Virus record (IMG/VR): IMGVR_UViG_3300034060_000588
Span: 1 to 64,000 of that record
Length of the DNA stretch: 64,000 bases
Strand: one strand, 5' to 3'
Origin: a virus
Shown: in pieces, positions 8,581-16,277 of the stretch
Numbering within the stretch: position 1 is the stretch's first letter
Layout of the letters: each line of letters opens with the position of its first letter
Program-made: the position numbers and the translations under genes
Notes under the pieces: generated by a model
Databases searched by the model: none
What the model saw: only the letters and a program-made list of their open reading frames with translations
Told to the model about the DNA's origin: nothing

Positions 8581-9615
8581 ATGGCGTTATTAACAGATAG
8601 AGTATTAGCAACTGGTGTTACGTTAAGTGATTACATTCACGTTGTAATACCGTCGGATATTTCACAAAATCCGGCTGGATCCTCATATAAAGCAACCGTT
8701 AGCCAAGTAGCTGATGTTTTTTCAAATTTATTTGTTAATCAAAGTGGTGATACAATGACAGGACCATTAATTGTTCCAACAATATCAGCAACAACCTATC
8801 AAAATTTACCTATTGGTCCAGACACATATGTTACTGGTTACACCTATAGTAGTAATACCTTTACAATAAAACAAAATAATGGTCAACCAAATTTAACAAC
8901 AACAATAAACATTGTAACAGGATGGACGGTTAATGGTAATTTAACAGTAACAGGTAATACTTCATTACAATCAACAACGGCCTCAACCTTAAACTTATCA
9001 TCAGTACCAACAACAGACGTACAATTGGTTGCACAATATTTAACAAGGGATTCGGCAACAGGGGAGGTTAAAACTAAAATAATTTCTGGTCCGGCGGCGT
9101 ATGGTTTATTTGCTCAAACGGGTGATAGTGCGGTGGTGTCAGCAACCACAACACCAACAACAATAATAGATGGTGGTGTTGGGACATTAACAGTTCCAGC
9201 AAATGGATTTACTGCGGGTGATAGTTTTCTAGCAAAACTTGGGGGTGTATTATCATCAAAGGCAAATGATGATTTAACAATTATTGTTTCTAGTAATGGA
9301 GTAACTTTAGTTAGTAGTGGTCCTATTAATATGCCGAATATTACAGTGCTTAATCCTAGTGTTTGGTTAATGGAAGTAACTTTTACGATTAGAAAGATTG
9401 GTGGTACGGGTATTGGTTCTATAGTATCTTTGGGTAATTTTACTTGGGGTAACACCACTTCGGGAGCCCAAGAAGGTTTTGGGTTTAATGATGTGAATAG
9501 TACCACCTTTAATACTACGATTTCAAATGTGTTAGATATAAAAGTACAATGGAATACTACGGATCCTCAAAACAGAATATATTCTGATGTATTCGTATTA
9601 ACTAAAACATTTTAA
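8581..9615 (+). CDS. Putative tail fibre/virion decoration protein
   Basis: FVNQSGDTMTGPL fibre-type motif, ISATTY, VTGYTYSSNTFTI, Thr/Gly-rich beta composition. Confidence 0.65.
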   Translation: MALLTDRVLATGVTLSDYIHVVIPSDISQNPAGSSYKATVSQVADVFSNLFVNQSGDTMTGPLIVPTISATTYQNLPIGPDTYVTGYTYSSNTFTIKQNNGQPNLTTTINIVTGWTVNGNLTVTGNTSLQSTTASTLNLSSVPTTDVQLVAQYLTRDSATGEVKTKIISGPAAYGLFAQTGDSAVVSATTTPTTIIDGGVGTLTVPANGFTAGDSFLAKLGGVLSSKANDDLTIIVSSNGVTLVSSGPINMPNITVLNPSVWLMEVTFTIRKIGGTGIGSIVSLGNFTWGNTTSGAQEGFGFNDVNSTTFNTTISNVLDIKVQWNTTDPQNRIYSDVFVLTKTF

Positions 9616-9650
9616 ATTCACTTTAAAGATTTTAACAATATATTTTCAAT

Positions 9651-10628
9651 ATGAAAGATATTGTATTTGTAACCGCACAACCAGATGTTCCTTACTTTCA
9701 TTGGCAAATTAAACTTTATGTTCATAATTTCATAGAAAAAGGAATTAAACCAAAACAGATACACGTTTTATTAGCACTTGTTCACGGAAAAACCGAACCA
9801 ACTTCTGGTGCAACGGAATTATTAAATATGGGTATTAATGTTCATTTCTACCAAGATTTAAGAAGTATAAAATCATATATACCAAGTATAAAACCATATC
9901 TTATTTCTAAATGGTTAGAAGAATTTCCTCAATATGGAAAATGTTTTTTTCTTCACGATGCTGACATAATCTTTAGAGAGTTACCAGATTTTAATAATTT
10001 AATGAACGATGATATTTGTTATTTATCAGACACAATTGGTTACATTGGTTATAACTACATAATAGATTGTTGTAGGAGATACGAGAAAAACCACCCAAAT
10101 TCTGAAAAAAACCAACTTTTAAATGAAATGGCCTCTGTTATTGGTATTGATCCGATCACAATAAAAATAAACCAGAAAAATTCTGGTGGTGGTCAATACA
10201 TAATTAAAAATACAGATAATAAACTTTGGGAAAAAATTTATGAAGATTGTTCACCATTATACAAACAAATGTTGACCTATCAAAGAAGGTTTCCAATCAA
10301 TCCTGGTCAAATTCAATTCTGGACAGCGGAAATGTGGTCGTTAATATGGAATTTGTGGTTATTCAATTTTGAAACTAGGATTACACCTGAATTAGATTTT
10401 TCTTGGGCTACGGATAATTTAGACAAATATAACACAAAACCAATATTACATATGGCTGGTGTTACTGAAGATTTAAAAGATAAAAAATTTTTCAAGGGTG
10501 GATATATTAATACCGACCCAATTCAATCTTTAAGAGATAACCCAAGTCACTTTGACTACGTTGAAGAAAATAGTTCTACAATCAAATACATAGAAGTTAT
10601 GAAATCTTTTATAAAAAATGAAAAATGA
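9651..10628 (+). CDS. GT-A fold glycosyltransferase resembling peptidyl-serine galactosyltransferase/hydroxyproline arabinosyltransferase (GT96/GT95-like)
   Basis: PYFHWQ, YIPSIKPY..SKWL, FLHDADIIFR (DxD), GGGQYII, WTAEMWS, ILHMAG motifs. Confidence 0.72.
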   Translation: MKDIVFVTAQPDVPYFHWQIKLYVHNFIEKGIKPKQIHVLLALVHGKTEPTSGATELLNMGINVHFYQDLRSIKSYIPSIKPYLISKWLEEFPQYGKCFFLHDADIIFRELPDFNNLMNDDICYLSDTIGYIGYNYIIDCCRRYEKNHPNSEKNQLLNEMASVIGIDPITIKINQKNSGGGQYIIKNTDNKLWEKIYEDCSPLYKQMLTYQRRFPINPGQIQFWTAEMWSLIWNLWLFNFETRITPELDFSWATDNLDKYNTKPILHMAGVTEDLKDKKFFKGGYINTDPIQSLRDNPSHFDYVEENSSTIKYIEVMKSFIKNEK

Positions 10629-10658
10629 ATTATTTATTAAATATAATATCAAATATTA

Positions 10659-12938
10659 ATGAGCACTTGTTATACTAATTGTAGTATTGTTTTAATTACC
10701 AACACAGGTGAAACCCAATCTGTTGTAAATTTTATTGATTGTAGTGGTTCCACAATTGAGGTCTATGTTGACCCTAACGATTCCTATTATATAAATTATT
10801 GTGGTGATTTTCCTTTTAGTGGTGAAAATATTGATTTTCAAACAGAGAGTACTTCATTTGATATTTATGTTTTTGAAGATTGTTGTTCCAAACCAAACGT
10901 CTTTTACACGTTTTTAAATTCGGATATTGGTAGTGGTTTAACAGTTGGTGATGTAGTATATTTTAGTGAAGTAATACCTTCGGATAATACAATTGAGCCT
11001 AAATCTGGTTGTTTTAAAGTTGCTAACATTGAGGCTGATATTAGTCTAGTGACTGGGTTTACACAACCTTATTTTTCTGTTTTACATATTGATACATATT
11101 ATACCTCTATATTTCCATGTCAAAATTGTCTTACAACACATCCTTGTCCAACAGATTGTTATAGCCTATATAGTTGTACTGGATCTTTTACAAATGTCAT
11201 AAGTAAATTACCAGATTTGTCTGGTTATACAAATGGTTTTGTTAGTTTAGACGTTTTAACACCTTCTGTTTCTGGTAATAATATCTGTTTTTATGTTACA
11301 TATCTTGGTGTTCAAAGCTGTGTTGAGACTTATGATCTAGAATTAAGTGAAGCCCCAGAATGTGATTGTAATTGTCTTTGTTATCAATTCAATACAAATA
11401 ATTATCAATTAGAAACAACATATGTTGATTGTAATAACGAATTTAATATTGTTAATTTTGATACATATAGTAATGTTAGAATTTGTAGTAAAATAAGACC
11501 TTATTTTAACACACAGTTACCAATTGGTTATAAACTGGGTGGTTATTGTGTTAATAATAATTGTCCTGAAGTAATAGTACCAAACATCCAACCAGTAAAT
11601 GAATGTGACGTTTTAACGTTATTTCCGTTATATGTTGAGTGTGTTAATGAGCTTCCTAGTGATAGATTTTCATTTGACGGCTCGGTTTCTTTAATAATAA
11701 CCGGTGGTACGCCACCATATGTTATAACTTGGGATACTGGTAGTGTTTCACAATCTATAAACGACCTAGATTTTGGGTCTTATACCGCAACAGTCGTTGA
11801 TTATTATGGTGATTTTAGTGCAACAACAACTTGTGTTTTAAGTTCAACAACGACAACAACGTCAACAACAACATTACCACCACAACCGGAACAATATACT
11901 AATTTATGTTTCTATATTGATTTTACAAACCCACAAATACCGGATAGATATATTGATTTTTCTTTTGCTGGTTATTATAACGATAAACCTTATTGGCAAA
12001 GTCAATTTCCTTTAGATTTTCAAATTGTTTGGGATGATACATTTTCTTTCTGGTTTATTTCCGGACTTACATATGGTCAAATAACAACTTTAAACCCTAG
12101 TTCACCACCACTTACTGGTTGGCAAACTTTTGGGTTTTTACCACCATTTACAACAAATGGTGTTTATGCTTATACCGGATCTTGTAGTCAGATTCCAATT
12201 ACAGATTTACAAATTTTAAAGGGTGATCCCACTTGTGGTTGTGATGGATCAATTACACTTATACCAAGTAATGGTATTCCGCCATATCAATATTCAGTTA
12301 ATGGTGGTAATTCATATACTTCAATACCAATTTTTAACAATTTATGTTCTGGGTTATATCCGGTTCAAGTTTTAGACGCTTCTGGTAATACAATAACATC
12401 ACAAATTACATTACCTCTAACACCTAGTACAAAAACATATACAATATCATTAGTTGTTGATGCAATCACACAAACTTTTGAGGTTTTAGTAAGTCCGGTA
12501 CTTCCCGCTGGTGTTACAATAGACTTTAAATTAGTCCATAACCGATTGTTTCGTAGAGGACCAAATCAAAACAGTGCAACATATACCAATACTTTAACCG
12601 TTTATGTTGGTCCGCCAATTATTTTACCAACACCTTTTGATTCTGATAGTTATATTTATTTGCAGGAAAATTTACCATACCCTTGTGAAGTATACAATAG
12701 GTACACAACTGAAAGTTATTTTGAATGGGATTTAACTATGAGCAGTTTTAATACTGTAACTGGTGGATACTCAAATTCATTTGCTTTTACTTCACCATCA
12801 AGTTGTAATAACGGTAATGGTGATTTTGGGATTTACATAGATCAAGCAAGTATAGTTGGTTGTGAGTGTTGTGAAGTAATCACAATAAACCCTAAATTTA
12901 GAATTTCATCATCTGATGACATAATTTTCGTAGACTAA
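10659..12938 (+). CDS. Cys-rich putative virion protein with SprB-like repeats
   Basis: DGSVSLIITGGTPPYVITW...DLDFGSYTATVVD; DGSITLIPSNGIPPYQYSVNGG...NNLCSGLYPVQVLDASG; poly-Thr tract. Confidence 0.72.
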   Translation: MSTCYTNCSIVLITNTGETQSVVNFIDCSGSTIEVYVDPNDSYYINYCGDFPFSGENIDFQTESTSFDIYVFEDCCSKPNVFYTFLNSDIGSGLTVGDVVYFSEVIPSDNTIEPKSGCFKVANIEADISLVTGFTQPYFSVLHIDTYYTSIFPCQNCLTTHPCPTDCYSLYSCTGSFTNVISKLPDLSGYTNGFVSLDVLTPSVSGNNICFYVTYLGVQSCVETYDLELSEAPECDCNCLCYQFNTNNYQLETTYVDCNNEFNIVNFDTYSNVRICSKIRPYFNTQLPIGYKLGGYCVNNNCPEVIVPNIQPVNECDVLTLFPLYVECVNELPSDRFSFDGSVSLIITGGTPPYVITWDTGSVSQSINDLDFGSYTATVVDYYGDFSATTTCVLSSTTTTTSTTTLPPQPEQYTNLCFYIDFTNPQIPDRYIDFSFAGYYNDKPYWQSQFPLDFQIVWDDTFSFWFISGLTYGQITTLNPSSPPLTGWQTFGFLPPFTTNGVYAYTGSCSQIPITDLQILKGDPTCGCDGSITLIPSNGIPPYQYSVNGGNSYTSIPIFNNLCSGLYPVQVLDASGNTITSQITLPLTPSTKTYTISLVVDAITQTFEVLVSPVLPAGVTIDFKLVHNRLFRRGPNQNSATYTNTLTVYVGPPIILPTPFDSDSYIYLQENLPYPCEVYNRYTTESYFEWDLTMSSFNTVTGGYSNSFAFTSPSSCNNGNGDFGIYIDQASIVGCECCEVITINPKFRISSSDDIIFVD

Positions 12939-12951
12939 TATTTATCATTAA

Positions 12952-15567
12952 ATGGCATATATAATAAAAAATACCGCTGGTTTAGTAAACTCAAGAGTTA
13001 CTGATACTGGGAGACAAAAATTATCACAAGGTAATTTCAATATTTCATATTTTCAAATTGGGGATAGTGAGGTATCATATGATAAATTACCTAGTTTTTA
13101 TAACCAGTCAAATAGTTACGTATTAGAACCTTCGTTTAACCAACAAAATAGTTTTGGTGTACCACAGTCTAACAAACAAAGTGTAAAATACCCTTATTTT
13201 GTTGATGGGATAACTGGAAATACATATGGAATACCCTTTAACGATTCAACAGCTGATCCTGTTTTTAATAGAGCACCACTACGTGGGTTTTTTACCGGAA
13301 ATACGACGGCTAGTACAGTAAATTGGAGTGCGTTAACAAACGATAGTTATGTTATAACGTCAAACTATGTTGTGGATTTAATGTTTATGACTGGATCTAC
13401 TGATGTTGAATTAATTTATATGAGTTGTAACCCAACTAATTATAGAAAGCCTTCGGTTGGTGATATTATTACCTTCTATTACGATGGTTACGCAAAATCT
13501 AACTGTGGGTGTTCAAACTTACCAACACCTACACCAACAAGTTCTCAATTTGCCCCACCAACACCAACTCCTACACCAAGTGCTAGTATACCACAGTATC
13601 CTTGTTTAACTGCATCGCCTACACCGACACCAACGTCAACACCTTGTGTAACGCCGTCATCTAGTGCTGCGTGTCCTGCGCCGCCACCACCTAATTGTAG
13701 TATGTCTATGTTTAGTTGTTTCCCAATTTTAACATACAGAATTGTTGCAGTTTGTGGTGATATAATCACACTTGATAGACCAACCCCAGATTTTAGTTGT
13801 TATATGTTAGATTGTTTTGCTAGAGTATTAATCTACCCTTCTAATATGACACAATTGTATGATAGTTTTACACCAAGACCGCATTGGTGTGATGACGTTA
13901 TAAATTTTGAATCCGTTTGTGATATTGACGAATTTGACGTAAAAATATGGAATATGAACATTCCGTGGACCGAAAGTCCAGCTGGGTTATTTTCAACATT
14001 TTATAAAGATTACACACAATTTGGTTCAATAAATTATATTGGTAGTAAAGAATATTTTGGTTATAATTCAAGTTCTGGTCAGACAGACAGTAGTAGTGTT
14101 TATTATTATAATTCATTTGATCAGAAAATAACTGTAACACCAGAAGAACAAAAGGCGGTTGCAATTATTCACTACACCAACCAAACAATTGATTTCTTTT
14201 ATGGTGAGAAGTTTGCGTTAGAACCTTACGACCCAACAAACCCAAATAATACATCTGGACAAGCTAGAAATTTTAAACTTCATATTCCTTGGATTATGTG
14301 GCATAAAAATCCAGAGTGTTGTTTTGGTGATACTTTTTATGTTGATCCTCCAGGTTTTGATGGGTTAAATTTGTTTACAGTTCACTATCTAACGTCAACT
14401 AAAAATGAAGATATGAATAACCCTGGGATTAGGTATTATCATTTATGGGATACACACCCTAATGATGATGGTTACCCAAGTAGAATTGGTAAAGTCTTCC
14501 CTGATAGTAAAGTTGTTATAATTGACGACGAAGAAATTATCGCGGCAATGTCATATAAGTCAAATAGAAACTGGACTTTAGCAGCACCTCAAGTTTCACT
14601 TACAACACCAAACGTGTGTGACACACAAACGTCACCAATTGGTATTTTGACCGGTTCAAATCAAACTATGTTTGTTACATATAGATTAAGTAATGATTTT
14701 TGTTTTACAAATTCATTACATTGTAATTACTATCAAAATATATCATATAACGAATGTTTTACTGGTGATTCAAAAAATGTTGCTGTAAGATTCGGAAGTG
14801 AGTTTAATTGTTTAGTACAACCATTTGGTTATCCGGTGAGTACTACGACTACATTTCCTCAAAATACGTGTTTTATTCTTACAGAAGATACTTTAGAATT
14901 ATTAGCTGAAAATCTAGATAATTTAATTTGGTGTGAGAATCCAAATTTACTTATGACACCAGAAATTAACTCTTTCTATCAAACTGCTGGTTATTATAGT
15001 GTTGGTTTAACTTCTACCTCAACAACATATTGTCCAACTTGTGATATTTTTAATGGTTTTGTTGCGACAAAATTTGAAGTGTTGGCTCAAGTTGTTGAAA
15101 CTGGTCAAAGACCAGATCCGTCTCAATGGAGGATAATTGATTTTACATCACAAATTGAGAATCAGTTTATAAATGGTTATGTTACCCAAAATTCTTTAAC
15201 GGGATCCACATTTAGTGTAACACCAGATAACTACAATTCAGCACCTATTTACGATTTAAACGATTACATATCACTTACGCCTATTAATTATTCTGGATCA
15301 CAACTAAATTTCGGTGATGAATACTATTTTTACGGATCTTTAGAGACTGATATTCAAGCAACAATATATGAAATGAAATATAAGATAAATCTTAGCGTTA
15401 ATGAATTTAAAACCACATCAAATCCTGGTTGGGTTTCGGGTGCTAAGTCATATATTACGGAAATTGCTTTACTTGATAGTGATAAAGATGTCCTTGTGAT
15501 CTCTAAATTACAGTCACCAGTATTAAGACAGGGTATTCAACAGTTTGTAGTTAAGTTAGATTTTTAA
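12952..15567 (+). CDS. Putative tail-fibre attachment/baseplate-peripheral protein with PT-rich insert
   Basis: N-terminal VTDTGRQKLSQGNFNISYFQIGDSEV and C-terminal YITEIALLD...VISKLQSPV resemble tail-collar fibre (DUF3751-like) ends; PTPTP/PPPP tract. Confidence 0.65.
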   Translation: MAYIIKNTAGLVNSRVTDTGRQKLSQGNFNISYFQIGDSEVSYDKLPSFYNQSNSYVLEPSFNQQNSFGVPQSNKQSVKYPYFVDGITGNTYGIPFNDSTADPVFNRAPLRGFFTGNTTASTVNWSALTNDSYVITSNYVVDLMFMTGSTDVELIYMSCNPTNYRKPSVGDIITFYYDGYAKSNCGCSNLPTPTPTSSQFAPPTPTPTPSASIPQYPCLTASPTPTPTSTPCVTPSSSAACPAPPPPNCSMSMFSCFPILTYRIVAVCGDIITLDRPTPDFSCYMLDCFARVLIYPSNMTQLYDSFTPRPHWCDDVINFESVCDIDEFDVKIWNMNIPWTESPAGLFSTFYKDYTQFGSINYIGSKEYFGYNSSSGQTDSSSVYYYNSFDQKITVTPEEQKAVAIIHYTNQTIDFFYGEKFALEPYDPTNPNNTSGQARNFKLHIPWIMWHKNPECCFGDTFYVDPPGFDGLNLFTVHYLTSTKNEDMNNPGIRYYHLWDTHPNDDGYPSRIGKVFPDSKVVIIDDEEIIAAMSYKSNRNWTLAAPQVSLTTPNVCDTQTSPIGILTGSNQTMFVTYRLSNDFCFTNSLHCNYYQNISYNECFTGDSKNVAVRFGSEFNCLVQPFGYPVSTTTTFPQNTCFILTEDTLELLAENLDNLIWCENPNLLMTPEINSFYQTAGYYSVGLTSTSTTYCPTCDIFNGFVATKFEVLAQVVETGQRPDPSQWRIIDFTSQIENQFINGYVTQNSLTGSTFSVTPDNYNSAPIYDLNDYISLTPINYSGSQLNFGDEYYFYGSLETDIQATIYEMKYKINLSVNEFKTTSNPGWVSGAKSYITEIALLDSDKDVLVISKLQSPVLRQGIQQFVVKLDF

Positions 15568-15611
15568 TGTTCATTTTTAGATTAATGGGTTTATATTATT
15601 AAAAAAAGTTT

Positions 15612-16220
15612 ATGACAAAGACTATAAAAAACACACCAAAAGTTTTAGGTTTAGATGTTTCTACAAAAACAATTGGTTGGGCTTTATTTGATGTTAACAA
15701 TCAAGAATTACTAGAGTTAGCACATATTTCACCTAGACCAAAAACGGTTGACGTTGGTGATTGTAAAATGAAGGAGTTGATTTTGAAAAGTGAAATTTTC
15801 AAAACAAAACTTTTACAATATAAAAATTTAGGTGTTATAAAAGTAATCATAGAAGAACCCTTATTAAATTCAAACAACGTATATACGGTACAGACTTTAT
15901 TACGGTTTAATACTCTTATATGTAAAGAAGTTTACGATATTTTAGGAATTATCCCAGATTTTATATCAACTTATAATTCAAGAAAATTTGCTTGGCCAGA
16001 TCTTGTTCAATTAAATGATAAAGGTAAACACGTATTGTTTGGTGGTCTTCCAAAAGATATTGATAAAAAAGTATTAGTTTGGGAAAGGGTTGCTAAAAGA
16101 GAGCCCCAAATTACTTGGCATTATACAAGAAACAATACATTAAAAAAAGAAAATTTTGACCAGACGGATGCTTACACTTGTGTGTTAGGATATATGAATC
16201 AACACGAAATCTGGAAATAA
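15612..16220 (+). CDS. ruvC: RuvC-like Holliday junction resolvase
   Basis: VLGLDVSTKTIGWALFD, VIIEEP, DKK, DQTDAY acidic catalytic motifs. Confidence 0.8.
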   Translation: MTKTIKNTPKVLGLDVSTKTIGWALFDVNNQELLELAHISPRPKTVDVGDCKMKELILKSEIFKTKLLQYKNLGVIKVIIEEPLLNSNNVYTVQTLLRFNTLICKEVYDILGIIPDFISTYNSRKFAWPDLVQLNDKGKHVLFGGLPKDIDKKVLVWERVAKREPQITWHYTRNNTLKKENFDQTDAYTCVLGYMNQHEIWK

Positions 16221-16246
16221 TATCATCTAAAATAGTGATAATCTGA

Positions 16247-16277
16247 AATATCGTCTTTTTAGACGATATTTTTTTTA
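16247..16277. terminator. Intrinsic terminator between convergent genes
   Basis: AAATATCGTCT-TTTT-AGACGATATTT perfect stem followed by T run. Confidence 0.8.
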